Shown here piece by piece: positions 20,806-30,504 of a DNA stretch of 64,000 nucleotides; the stretch's first letter is position 1, and every line of letters starts with the position of its first letter. Source of the stretch: Candidatus Woesearchaeota archaeon. Lineage in GTDB: Archaea > Nanobdellota > Nanobdellia > Woesearchaeales > GW2011-AR15. The DNA lies in the NCBI GenBank assembly GCA_038874655.1, contig JAVZBY010000003.1, positions 9,808 to 73,807 of the forward strand. The letters run 5' to 3'. Below the pieces are notes generated by a model. The model worked only from the letters and a program-made list of their open reading frames with translations, did not search any database and was not told where the DNA came from. Both the position numbers and the translations under genes were made by a program.

Positions 20806-20859
20806 ATATCTCTAAAAATTAACAAAATATTTATAAATTTAAATTTTTAAATTATTTAT

Positions 20860-21258
20860 ATGAAAGAAATATTATATCCTTCACCTGAGTTAATAATTCA
20901 ATTTAATGCATTAGCAATAACTATGTTTGAAACAAAAAAAGCAGACTCTTCAAAATTATTAAGTTATACTAAATTATTAGAAGCAATTGAAAAATGTAAA
21001 AAAACAGAAGGAGACATATATGATAAAGCAGCTGTATTATTAATTGAATTAGTAAAAGCACATGCTTTTGCAAGTGGTAATAGAAGAACTGCATTCATAA
21101 CTACAAAGGATTTTATAAAAAAAAATAAAGCAAAATTTAATATTAAAGATGATCCAACTAATGCAAAAATATTAACTGGTGTGAGAGAAGGTTATTATAA
21201 AACTAATGAAATAAAAGAGTGGATAAAAAATGGAAAAATCAGAAAATTTGAAAGATGA
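20860..21258 (+). CDS. doc: Fic/Doc family toxin
   Basis: KAAVLL...HAFASGNRRTA Fic motif variant. Confidence 0.88.
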   Translation: MKEILYPSPELIIQFNALAITMFETKKADSSKLLSYTKLLEAIEKCKKTEGDIYDKAAVLLIELVKAHAFASGNRRTAFITTKDFIKKNKAKFNIKDDPTNAKILTGVREGYYKTNEIKEWIKNGKIRKFER

Positions 21259-21352
21259 AGAAAGATATAAAATTGTAGTTGAAGAAGTTTTAAAATTTAA
21301 AGAATTAGTAAAAGGTCATAGAAAATTATTAGAAGCAATAGGAAGATTATAA
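21230..21352 (+). CDS. 40-aa helical peptide, candidate antitoxin of the Doc protein; not in the ORF track
   Basis: Hand translation MEKSENLKDEERYKIVVEEVLKFKELVKGHRKLLEAIGRL; overlaps the doc 3' end. Confidence 0.6.
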   Translation: MEKSENLKDEERYKIVVEEVLKFKELVKGHRKLLEAIGRL

Positions 21353-21445
21353 AGAATAATTCCTTAATATATTAATCTTCTTTTAATATCTTTATTTGAA
21401 TCTTAAAGCTAACTAGCAATAAAACATTTATATCATTATAATAAA

Positions 21446-22078
21446 ATGCCAAAAAAAACCATAATAAAAAAAACAAAAAATAAACCTAAATTAAACATAA
21501 AACTAATTTTAATCCTAATCTTATCACTATTAACTTTATTAACAATATACATAAGCAAAACAAAAAAAGGTGAAAATATGTCTGAAAATATTATTGTGGT
21601 ATTTGAAACCAACAGAGGTAATTTTGAGGTTTTATTAGATGAAAAAAACTCACCAATAACAACAAAAAACTTTTTAGAATATGTAAATGAGGGTTTTTAT
21701 AATGGCTTAATATTTCATAGAGTCATAAAAGGTTTTATGATTCAAGGTGGTGGTTTTGATATTAACATGAATCAAAAAAAAACAAAAGAGCCGATAAAAA
21801 ACGAAGCAAATAATGGCTTAAAAAATTTAAAATACACAATTGCAATGGCAAGAACATCAGAAATAAATAGTGCCACTTCTCAATTTTTTATAAATACAGC
21901 AAACAATAGTTTTTTAGATTATGGTGTAAGAGATTATGGCTATGCTGTTTTTGGAAAAGTTATAAGTGGTTTTGAAACAATAGACAAAATAGAAAATTCA
22001 AAAACACATTCAATCGGTTATTTTGATGATGTTCCCGTTGAACCAATTATAATAAAAAAAGCTTATGTTAAAAAATAA
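21446..22078 (+). CDS. ppiA: Cyclophilin-type peptidyl-prolyl isomerase with N-terminal hydrophobic segment
   Basis: FHRVIKGFMIQGGG, TIAMART, SATSQFFIN, YAVFGKV. Confidence 0.93.
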   Translation: MPKKTIIKKTKNKPKLNIKLILILILSLLTLLTIYISKTKKGENMSENIIVVFETNRGNFEVLLDEKNSPITTKNFLEYVNEGFYNGLIFHRVIKGFMIQGGGFDINMNQKKTKEPIKNEANNGLKNLKYTIAMARTSEINSATSQFFINTANNSFLDYGVRDYGYAVFGKVISGFETIDKIENSKTHSIGYFDDVPVEPIIIKKAYVKK

Positions 22079-22138
22079 TAAGTATAAAAAAATATAAATA
22101 ATCAAATAACTAATAAAATAAACAAAATAACCAATAAA

Positions 22139-23569
22139 ATGAATGCAATAGACTTCATAAAAAAAACACAAAATCAAGAAATTAATATAATTGAAAATAT
22201 AAAAAACACTTTAAAAGTTTGCAAAGATATAAATTCAGAATACAATTATTTTATTAATTTAAATGAAGAATATACTTTAAAAGAAACTGAAAAATTGTTT
22301 TCTGAAACAAAAAATCTAACAAAAGAACAAATTAAAAACAAAAAACTTTATGGCTTGCCAGTTTCTGTAAAAGATTGCATTTGTGTTAAAGATTTAGAAT
22401 CTAGAGCAGGCAGCAAAATTTTAAAAAATTATAAACCGTTTTTTGATGCAACTGTCATAGAAAAAATAAAACAAGAGGGGGCCATTATTTTAGGAAAAAC
22501 AACACAAGATGCTTTTGGATTTGGTTCTTTTAATGTTAATGTTGGGTTAGATGAAAAAATTCCATTAAACCCAATTGACAAAGAAAGAGTAACTGGTGGA
22601 TCTTCAGGTGGCTCAGCTGGAATAACTAAAAAATTAAATGAGAAAAAAATTCCACACATAGCAATTGCTGAAAGCACAGGTGGCAGTATTGCTTGTCCTT
22701 CTGCTTATTGCGGTGTTTATGGATTAACTCCTACTTATGGCTTAGTTTCCAGATATGGGTTAATGGATTATGCAAATAGCCTAGACAAAATTGGGATAAT
22801 GGCAAATGATATAGAAGAAATCTCCTTAATGTTGGAAATAATTGCTGGTTATGATGAAAAAGACAGCACAAGTAAAAAAATTGAAATTCCAAAATATACT
22901 AAAAAAACAAATTTAAAAAAAGATAATTTCAGAATTGCAATTTTAAAAGAATTTATTAAAAACATTGAGTCTGATGTAAAGAAAAATTTATTTGATACAC
23001 TAAAAAAAGCCAATCTTAATTATGAATTAGTTTCTTTGCCATTAACATTTAAATATGGTATACAAACCTATTATTTAATTGCCATCTCAGAAGCCTCAAC
23101 AAATTTAGCAAAATTCTCTGGAATAAGATATGGATATGAAAAAGAACTAAAAGGCAACTTTAATGAATATTTCTCAAACATTAGAACAGAAGCATTTTCT
23201 AAAGAAGAAAAACGAAGAATTATTTTAGGAACATTTGCAAGAATGTCAGGATTTAGAGATGCCTTTTATCTAAAAGCTTTAAAAGTAAGAACAAAAATTA
23301 TTGAAGAATACAAAAAATTATTTGAAAATTATGACATATTGATAAGTCCAACAATGCCAAATATTGCTCCAAAATTCTCTGAAATAGAAAAATTAACACC
23401 TTTAGAAAATTATATGATGGATATAATGACTGTTGGCCCTAATTTAGCAGGATTGCCTCATTTAAGCATGCCTAATGGATTCTCAAAAGGACTTCCTACT
23501 TCAATTATGTTAATAGCAAATCATTTTGAAGAAAAAAGATTAATTGACTTTGCCAGATTATTAAACTAA
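22139..23569 (+). CDS. gatA: Asp/Glu-tRNA amidotransferase subunit A
   Basis: Amidase signature VSVKD, GGSSGGS, ESTGGSI, GLVSRYGL, RRIILGT. Confidence 0.95.
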   Translation: MNAIDFIKKTQNQEINIIENIKNTLKVCKDINSEYNYFINLNEEYTLKETEKLFSETKNLTKEQIKNKKLYGLPVSVKDCICVKDLESRAGSKILKNYKPFFDATVIEKIKQEGAIILGKTTQDAFGFGSFNVNVGLDEKIPLNPIDKERVTGGSSGGSAGITKKLNEKKIPHIAIAESTGGSIACPSAYCGVYGLTPTYGLVSRYGLMDYANSLDKIGIMANDIEEISLMLEIIAGYDEKDSTSKKIEIPKYTKKTNLKKDNFRIAILKEFIKNIESDVKKNLFDTLKKANLNYELVSLPLTFKYGIQTYYLIAISEASTNLAKFSGIRYGYEKELKGNFNEYFSNIRTEAFSKEEKRRIILGTFARMSGFRDAFYLKALKVRTKIIEEYKKLFENYDILISPTMPNIAPKFSEIEKLTPLENYMMDIMTVGPNLAGLPHLSMPNGFSKGLPTSIMLIANHFEEKRLIDFARLLN

Positions 23570-23603
23570 AAATAGAAATTTGAATAATAATTGAATTATT
23601 AAA

Positions 23604-24401
23604 ATGAAAAAAATAAAACTTGGATTAGCTCTTGGAAGTGGAGGCGCTCGTGGATATGCCCATATAGGGGTTATAAAAGCCCTATTAGAAAATAATATAA
23701 AAGTAGATTACATTGCTGGAACTAGTATTGGTAGTATTATTGGTGCTTATTATGCATTATATAATGAAATTGACTCACTAGAGAAATATGTTATAGATTT
23801 GCAAAAAAAAGATTTAATGAAATTAATAGATCTAAATGACCCAAGAAAATCCTTAATAAAAGGAGATAAAATTAAAAATTTTTTAAAACAATTTTTTGAT
23901 AACAAAAATATTGAAGAAACAAAAATTCCTTTTAAGTGTGTTGCAACTTCACTCCAAACTGGGAAAGCAATTATTTTTGATAAAGGAAATATAATAGATG
24001 CTGTAATGGCTTCTAGTTCTATTCCTGGAATTTTCATGCCCGTCAAATATAATAACCAAGATTTAGTTGATGGTGGTTTAGCTGATGGCTTACCCATTGA
24101 CATTGTAAAAGAAATGGGTTCTGATGTCATAATTGGCGTTGATTTATATGGTTTTGATTATGAAGAAAAGAATTATGAAAAAAGCAAAGATGTGTTTGAA
24201 AGAACCTATCAATTATTATTGTCAAAATTATCTTATTTTTATGAAAAAGAATACTCAAACAAAGTAATTGTTTTAAGACCTAAAATAAAGCACGGATTTA
24301 GCACATTTGCATTTTACGATGCTAAAGATAAAATTCAAGTTGGTTATGATGAAGCAATAAATAACATGCAAAAAATAAAAAAATTATTAAAAAGAAAATG
24401 A
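23604..24401 (+). CDS. Patatin-like phospholipase
   Basis: LGSGGARG, GTSIG nucleophile elbow, DGG. Confidence 0.92.
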   Translation: MKKIKLGLALGSGGARGYAHIGVIKALLENNIKVDYIAGTSIGSIIGAYYALYNEIDSLEKYVIDLQKKDLMKLIDLNDPRKSLIKGDKIKNFLKQFFDNKNIEETKIPFKCVATSLQTGKAIIFDKGNIIDAVMASSSIPGIFMPVKYNNQDLVDGGLADGLPIDIVKEMGSDVIIGVDLYGFDYEEKNYEKSKDVFERTYQLLLSKLSYFYEKEYSNKVIVLRPKIKHGFSTFAFYDAKDKIQVGYDEAINNMQKIKKLLKRK

Positions 24402-25915
24402 AAAACAATAAAGAATTATTTAATAAAGAAACAATTTTTGATAAAAATATAATAATTGGTTTAGAAATACATGTAGAATTAAATACAGAAACAAAATTGT
24501 TTTGCTCATGTTCTAGAAAACCTATCAATTTAAATGAAAACAACACAGAAAAATTAAATCAACCTAACACAAGAACATGTGAAATTTGTTTAGGAATGCC
24601 AGGAAGTAAGCCAAAAGTAAATAAAAAAGCAATAGAATATGCTTTAAAAATAGCAAAAGCATTAAATTGCAATATTGCTGATGATGTAATTTTTTCAAGA
24701 AAAACCTATTTTTATCCAGATATGGCAAAAAATTTTCAAATAACTCAATATGAAAATCCAATTGGACAAAATGGTTTTATTAATTTAAATCTTAAAGATA
24801 AAAACAATATTAATAATTACTACATAAAAAAAATTAGAATAAAAAGAGTTCATTTAGAAGAAGATCCTGCTTCCTTAATTCATCCTGCGGGAATTGATAA
24901 ATCAAACTATGTATTGATTGATTATAATAGAAGCGGAAATCCCCTAGTTGAAATTGTAACAGAACCAGATATAAATTCTAGTGAAGAAGCCAGATTATTT
25001 TTAAAAAAATTATCAACCATTTTAGATTATTTAAATGTTTATGATAAAACTTGTATAATGAAAGCAGATGCTAACATATCAATAAAAGAATCTGTTTATG
25101 TAAGAACAGAAATAAAAAACATAAACGGCTTTAAAGACATACAAGATGCATTAGATTATGAAATTCTAAGACAGAAGCATGAAATTAAAGAGGGAAAAAA
25201 ATTATTCCAAGAAACAAGAGCTTATGATTCAGAAAATAAAATAACCTTTTCTCTAAGAAAAAAAGAAACTGAAGAAGATTATGGTTATATTTTTGAGCCA
25301 GATTTAGTGCCCATTGAAACAAAATTATTCAAAATTGAACTTCCTGAATTACCAGATGAAAAAATTGAGACCTATACAAAAAAATATAATCTTCCCTATG
25401 AAGATGCTGAAATAATTGCTAATGAAAAAAAACTAGCAGAATTATTTGAAAAAACAATAGATGAAAAAAATACTGAAAAAATTAACCAAAAAATAAATCC
25501 AGAATTAGCCGCAAAATGGATTAGAAGAGAAATTATCAGAGTGCTAAATTATAATAAGATAGAAATTTCAGATTTAAACATAAATGAAAATGAATTCATA
25601 AAATTACTCTATTTTTTACAAAGCAATAAGATAACAGAAAAAACCGCTCAGAAGATAATTGAAATTTTGGCAATAAAAGAGATTGATGTTGAAAAATACA
25701 TAAAAGAAAATAATTTAGAAGTTTTAAAAGATTCAAACTTAGTTGATAATTTTTGTAAAGAAGCTATTAATGAAAATCCAAATGCTGTTAATGATTTTAA
25801 AAAAGGAAAACAAGAAGCATTAAATTTTTTATTAGGGGGTGTGATGAAAAAAGCAAAAGGAAAAGTCGATGCTAAAGAAGTAAGGGAAAAATTAATAGCA
25901 ATGCTAAATGATTAA
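24398..25915 (+). CDS. gatB: Asp/Glu-tRNA amidotransferase subunit B
   Basis: IGLEIH, KLFC, RKTYFYPD, HLEED, NRSGNPLVEIVTEPD, YqeY-like C-terminal domain. Confidence 0.96.
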   Translation: MKNNKELFNKETIFDKNIIIGLEIHVELNTETKLFCSCSRKPINLNENNTEKLNQPNTRTCEICLGMPGSKPKVNKKAIEYALKIAKALNCNIADDVIFSRKTYFYPDMAKNFQITQYENPIGQNGFINLNLKDKNNINNYYIKKIRIKRVHLEEDPASLIHPAGIDKSNYVLIDYNRSGNPLVEIVTEPDINSSEEARLFLKKLSTILDYLNVYDKTCIMKADANISIKESVYVRTEIKNINGFKDIQDALDYEILRQKHEIKEGKKLFQETRAYDSENKITFSLRKKETEEDYGYIFEPDLVPIETKLFKIELPELPDEKIETYTKKYNLPYEDAEIIANEKKLAELFEKTIDEKNTEKINQKINPELAAKWIRREIIRVLNYNKIEISDLNINENEFIKLLYFLQSNKITEKTAQKIIEILAIKEIDVEKYIKENNLEVLKDSNLVDNFCKEAINENPNAVNDFKKGKQEALNFLLGGVMKKAKGKVDAKEVREKLIAMLND

Positions 25916-25953
25916 GTTTAAATGATTAAATTTAAATCTAAAAAATAAAAATT

Positions 25954-26346
25954 TCATTTTTGTTTGGGCCCGTTTTGTCCACCTTTTCTCTTATCTGGTG
26001 TTGATTTTGGTATTTTTGAGCCACTTCCAAGACTATTGCCTGCATGTCCATTTCCTGGAGTTTTTATAGTCCCTTGATTTTTTTTAGAAAATAAAGCTCC
26101 AAAACTTAAATCCACAAAACCATTATTATACAAAGAGGTTTTATATCTTTCATAAAAATAGGAAAGATTTAAAATAAAATTTTCGATAGAAGTCTTATAA
26201 ATTTCTAATAATTTATTATAAAAATTTACTGAATATATCCTTATAGTTTCAGTCACTTTATTTATACTATGAACACACTCATATAATTGATATTCTATTA
26301 TTTGAGAAAGGTTACTGGGTTTTTCATTTATATATAACATAGCCAC
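25954..26346 (-). CDS. Hypothetical protein with G/K/P-rich tail
   Basis: 130-aa ORF in an otherwise empty interval. Confidence 0.5.
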   Translation of the reverse strand: MAMLYINEKPSNLSQIIEYQLYECVHSINKVTETIRIYSVNFYNKLLEIYKTSIENFILNLSYFYERYKTSLYNNGFVDLSFGALFSKKNQGTIKTPGNGHAGNSLGSGSKIPKSTPDKRKGGQNGPKQK

Positions 26347-26379
26347 TTGGAAATAAAAAAAATTTTTAAATTTAACTAA

Positions 26380-26642
26380 CGAATTGACCTAAGATAGTAT
26401 TGTTTATATACTAATTCTTTTCTTAATATTAAAGAGGTGAATAGATGGCAAGAAAAGCAAGAAGCTTTCCAAAAAGAAAAGAATCACTAAATCAAAGACT
26501 TGAAATATTCAGCATTCAACACAACTTTATTGAAAAGAAAAAAGGAAAAACCCCTGCTATGTTAGAAGGTTTGATAAACAAACCTCTAACTTGGAATTCC
26601 TTTTTTTGTATTAAATTAACAACATTAATTTAGGTCAGTCCG
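26380..26642 (+). mobile_element. 263-bp internally deleted IS remnant (MITE-like) carrying a transposase C-terminal fragment
   Basis: 25-bp imperfect terminal inverted repeats (19/25 match); flanking 9-bp direct repeats TTTAACTAA/ATTAACTAA; ORF 26445-26633 with ARK..SF.K...HNF...TPAM.EG. Confidence 0.78.
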
Positions 26643-26647
26643 ATTAA

Positions 26648-27364
26648 CTAAATAAGCCAACTTAACGCTTCAAACAAATAATCCAAAATACCCCAAGAAA
26701 CAACTTTATAAACAAAGGTTATTATTAAATTCTTAAATAAAACAAATAAAACAAAAGTAATTATGAAATTTATTTTTGTATCTTTTAATGCCTTTGAAAA
26801 TATTTCTTTTACTTGTTTTATTGTATAATCTTTTTTATGAGTTAAAACATCTAAAAGAAGTAAAATATAATAGTTTAAATGATGCAAAAACCATAAAAAA
26901 GTCAAGAAAAATAAATTATCTCGTAATTCTTTATTTTTTCTAGCCACAAAAAGCAATAAAAAAGGCGCAATATATTGCCCGATAAAACCTAATGCCCTTG
27001 ATTTTAAAACACTATATTTCTCTGATTTTCTGTTCTCTTCTTCGTATAAGCCAGTAATTCCTCTAAAATAAGATATATAAATAAAAAGAAACCATCCTAA
27101 TAAAATATTCTCTTGAAAAAGCATCATAATTGCAAAAGCCAGAAACATATCTTCTTTATAATATGCTTTTTTAAAAATAGATAAAATAATAATTAAAACA
27201 ACTAGAGCAACTAAATTTTTCCAATGCAAACCAAAGTATAATTTTAATAGTAATCCCCAAAAACCTAACTCTATAAAATGCTCAAAAGCCTCTCCAAAAA
27301 AATGTCTAACAAAAGGAAACAACTTTTCTTTTAATTTTTCTCTAAAATTTAGTGAGATGATCAT
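26648..27364 (-). CDS. Multi-pass membrane protein
   Basis: Six to seven hydrophobic segments. Confidence 0.65.
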   Translation of the reverse strand: MIISLNFREKLKEKLFPFVRHFFGEAFEHFIELGFWGLLLKLYFGLHWKNLVALVVLIIILSIFKKAYYKEDMFLAFAIMMLFQENILLGWFLFIYISYFRGITGLYEEENRKSEKYSVLKSRALGFIGQYIAPFLLLFVARKNKELRDNLFFLTFLWFLHHLNYYILLLLDVLTHKKDYTIKQVKEIFSKALKDTKINFIITFVLFVLFKNLIITFVYKVVSWGILDYLFEALSWLI

Positions 27365-27404
27365 TTCATAATAAATTAATTAAACCTAATATAAAAATAT
27401 TATT

Positions 27405-27460
27405 TTTATCATACTTTATATGATAAATAAAAGAAAAAATATCATACTTTATATGATAAA
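27405..27460. promoter_or_regulatory. Two identical palindromic boxes TATCATA-CTTTA-TATGATA at 33-bp period between divergent genes
   Basis: 21-bp copies at 27407-27427 and 27440-27460. Confidence 0.65.
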
Positions 27461-27535
27461 ATAAAACATTTTATATAAAATTTTGAGGCTTTTTTAAAAA
27501 AAATATTTATAAAACAATTTTCTTTTTAATTTAAA

Positions 27536-28780
27536 ATGACTTATTTTAAACCATTTTTATTTGAATTTAAATCAATAGTAAAAAACATAAAAAAAGAAAA
27601 TAATTTTTTATTAGTTGAATTTAATGATACAATATTTTATCCTGGTGGTGGAGGTCAACCTCATGATACAGGAATAATAAAAAATAATAATTTTGAAGGC
27701 AATGTTGTTGAAGTTTTTAAAGAGAGTAATAAAGACAATAATGAAAAAGAAAAAATTTTACATAAAATAAAACCCATAAGAGGCACTTTAAACATAAATG
27801 ATGAAGTTGATTTAATTCTTAACAAAGAAAGAAGAATCAGCCTAATAAAAATGCACACTGGTGAGCACATCTTATTCAAAAGCTTGGAAATTACTCTTGG
27901 AGAAATTAAATTAAACAAAATTGATTTAGATGAAAAAGAAAGTTCTTTGTTTATATTTTATGATAAAGAACTAAATTGGGATTTATTGTTTAAAGCTGAG
28001 GAATTAGCAAATAAAATAATTAAAGAAGATAGAGAGATTATTGAAAAAGAATATCCTAAAACAGATGCTGTTATGATGGAAAAAATAAGAATAAAACCAG
28101 AAAGAATAAAAAATGACTTTGTTAGAGTTATTGAAATTAAGGACTTTGATTATTCTGCTTGCACAGGAACACATGCTTTTAATACTGGCTTTGTGGAAAA
28201 TATTTTAATCACAAAATTCAATAAAGATAAACAAGGATATGAAATTAGATTCACAACTGGTGAAAATGCAAAAAAATATTTATTTGAAATGTCTAAAACA
28301 GCAAGAATTTCTAGTTTTTTATTAGAAACTGATTTGATTAATGTTCCTACACATATAAAAAAAATAAAAGAAGAATCCGAAAACTACAAAGAAAAATTTA
28401 GGCAAATTTCTTATAAAGCATTAGACAATTATCATATAGAAGAACTAAATTATAAAAACAAAAAGGTAAAATTTATATATAAAATTACAGAAAATATAGA
28501 AAAAAAGCAATTAATTGACAAATCAAATGAAATAAAAGAAAATAATAATCAATCAATTATTTGCTTTATAAACGAAAATCAAAACTCAGACAAAGCAGAA
28601 ATACTATTAACTTGTACTGATGATTTAGAGATAAATATTCCAGAATTACTGAAAAAATCAATAGAGCAATATAATGGCAAAGGCGGTGGAAAAGACAAAT
28701 TTGCAATGGGAAGTTTTGATTTAAAAAATATAGAAGATGTTATTAAACTAATTAAACAGCATATAAATGGATTAAAATGA
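27536..28780 (+). CDS. alaX: Alanyl-tRNA editing protein (AlaX) with C-terminal DHHA1/C-Ala domain
   Basis: TIFYPGGGGQPHDTG, HTGEH, ACTGTH zinc motifs, GKGGGK tail. Confidence 0.88.
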   Translation: MTYFKPFLFEFKSIVKNIKKENNFLLVEFNDTIFYPGGGGQPHDTGIIKNNNFEGNVVEVFKESNKDNNEKEKILHKIKPIRGTLNINDEVDLILNKERRISLIKMHTGEHILFKSLEITLGEIKLNKIDLDEKESSLFIFYDKELNWDLLFKAEELANKIIKEDREIIEKEYPKTDAVMMEKIRIKPERIKNDFVRVIEIKDFDYSACTGTHAFNTGFVENILITKFNKDKQGYEIRFTTGENAKKYLFEMSKTARISSFLLETDLINVPTHIKKIKEESENYKEKFRQISYKALDNYHIEELNYKNKKVKFIYKITENIEKKQLIDKSNEIKENNNQSIICFINENQNSDKAEILLTCTDDLEINIPELLKKSIEQYNGKGGGKDKFAMGSFDLKNIEDVIKLIKQHINGLK

Positions 28781-29226
28781 ATATTTATTATTTTTTTTCA
28801 AAAGAAATTGTCTTCAAAAAAGATCCTATAGGGGGTTGGAGAGATTTGAAACGTTATAGTGAAGTCAGTGATCTTGTTTCTCGTTTTCAAGATCCATATG
28901 AAACAATTGAAAATAAATTAACCGCTTTAGAAACTTTACAAACAAAAGGCTTTTTACCATATGGCCTATTAATGATTTCTTCTAATGAAAATGAAATAAA
29001 TAAAATAGTTGAACAATACAAAAAAGAAGCTTATTTCAAAATTGAAATCAACTTGAATCCAAATTTTGTTTTTTCATCAGCCATAAATGTAGCTATCACC
29101 TTAAAAATACCATTAAAGATGTCCAATAATAAAAATTATGTGTTTATACCCTTACTCGCAAAGGATATATTTACTTTTTTAGAATTAGTACAACAATATT
29201 CTAATAATCTGCCAAGATTAAATTAA
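28777..29226 (+). CDS. Hypothetical protein
   Basis: ATGA overlap with the alaX stop. Confidence 0.6.
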   Translation: MNIYYFFSKEIVFKKDPIGGWRDLKRYSEVSDLVSRFQDPYETIENKLTALETLQTKGFLPYGLLMISSNENEINKIVEQYKKEAYFKIEINLNPNFVFSSAINVAITLKIPLKMSNNKNYVFIPLLAKDIFTFLELVQQYSNNLPRLN

Positions 29227-30408
29227 CTTATCCATCTCCTCTTTTATTCTTGCTTCATATTGATATTTAGTTTCTCCTTCTTTTTTTTCAGAACTTAAAA
29301 AATGCATCATGTTTTTTATTAATTTTATTTGTTTTTCTTTTGTGAAATTTTTAAAAACTGGTTGTTGCTCTATTAATGTATTTTCAACATCTAAAGTGTT
29401 AGAAGCTTCTATTTTTATTTCTTCATATTCCTTTGTAGATAAACCATTAGTATTTCTCATTACAAAATAAGCTCCATTTAAAAAATCATAAATCTTTTTC
29501 CATTCAATATCACTAGGTTTTCCACTTTCCAAAACACCATAAACCCTTATTAAAACCAAAGTATTGTAAAATTCATTTCCTTTTATTTTATCTAAAATTT
29601 CATTTGTAATTAATTCTGGTGTTTTATGTGTTGCATTAATAGTTATTGTAAAAACATTTTTTATATTGATATTTTCCCTTATTAAATTTCCATTATCATA
29701 AATATAAAAGCCACCTCCTTTTAATTCTTCTAATTCATGAAAATTATTTGGAAATAAAGGCCCAGGATAAACAATATTTTTATATCCTTGTAAATCTACT
29801 TTTTCAATAATATGAACATGACCACCTGCATAGTAATCAAAATTTTTTGGTAAATAAGAAATGCCAAAAGATTCCATTTTATCCATGTTTTTTGGCTTCA
29901 ACTCTGTAATAGCAGAATGAAACATGAATATTTTAAAACCATCTTCTTTTTCCAAATGCTCCAAATCTAAATCTTCATAATACAATTTTTCTAATTGTCC
30001 TTTTCTACCTAGCATTCCTGTTATTTTCGCTCCTGTTTTTTTGTCAATGGTAAATTTTAATCTTAATTTCTTATTTATAACTTCACCTTTAACAACATTA
30101 ACACATAAACCAGCTTCTTCTAAAACATCTAACATTGTTTTTCCACTAGGAGAATAATCATGGCTACCTGCTATCAAATAAACATTTATGTTTTTTTCTT
30201 TTAATTCACGAAACTTTTTAACAACATCTTTTATATTATTTATACTTGGAATTGCATTATTAAACAAATCACCTGAAATTAAAATAAAATCAACTTCTTT
30301 TTTTATAGAAATATCAATTGCTTTGAAAAATGCTTCTGTGTTTAGCTCTTTTAATTTATCCTCTCGCCAAGAACCTATATGACAATCTGCTAAATGACTG
30401 AATCTCAT
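29218..30408 (-). CDS. mre11: Mre11/SbcD nuclease
   Basis: ADCHIG, SGDLF, AGSHD, FMFH, GGHVH, YPG phosphoesterase motifs; near herA. Confidence 0.9.
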   Translation of the reverse strand: MRFSHLADCHIGSWREDKLKELNTEAFFKAIDISIKKEVDFILISGDLFNNAIPSINNIKDVVKKFRELKEKNINVYLIAGSHDYSPSGKTMLDVLEEAGLCVNVVKGEVINKKLRLKFTIDKKTGAKITGMLGRKGQLEKLYYEDLDLEHLEKEDGFKIFMFHSAITELKPKNMDKMESFGISYLPKNFDYYAGGHVHIIEKVDLQGYKNIVYPGPLFPNNFHELEELKGGGFYIYDNGNLIRENINIKNVFTITINATHKTPELITNEILDKIKGNEFYNTLVLIRVYGVLESGKPSDIEWKKIYDFLNGAYFVMRNTNGLSTKEYEEIKIEASNTLDVENTLIEQQPVFKNFTKEKQIKLIKNMMHFLSSEKKEGETKYQYEARIKEEMDKLI

Positions 30409-30504
30409 ATTATAAATAAATAAAACAAAATATTTAAAATTAATTAATAAAAAAACAATGAATTAATAAAAAAATATAAAAAAAATTATAAATAATAAAA
30501 GATA

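Noticed and set aside
27405-27460. Repeat pair as a mini-CRISPR
   Set aside because: Only two 21-bp copies with a 12-bp spacer; no cas genes
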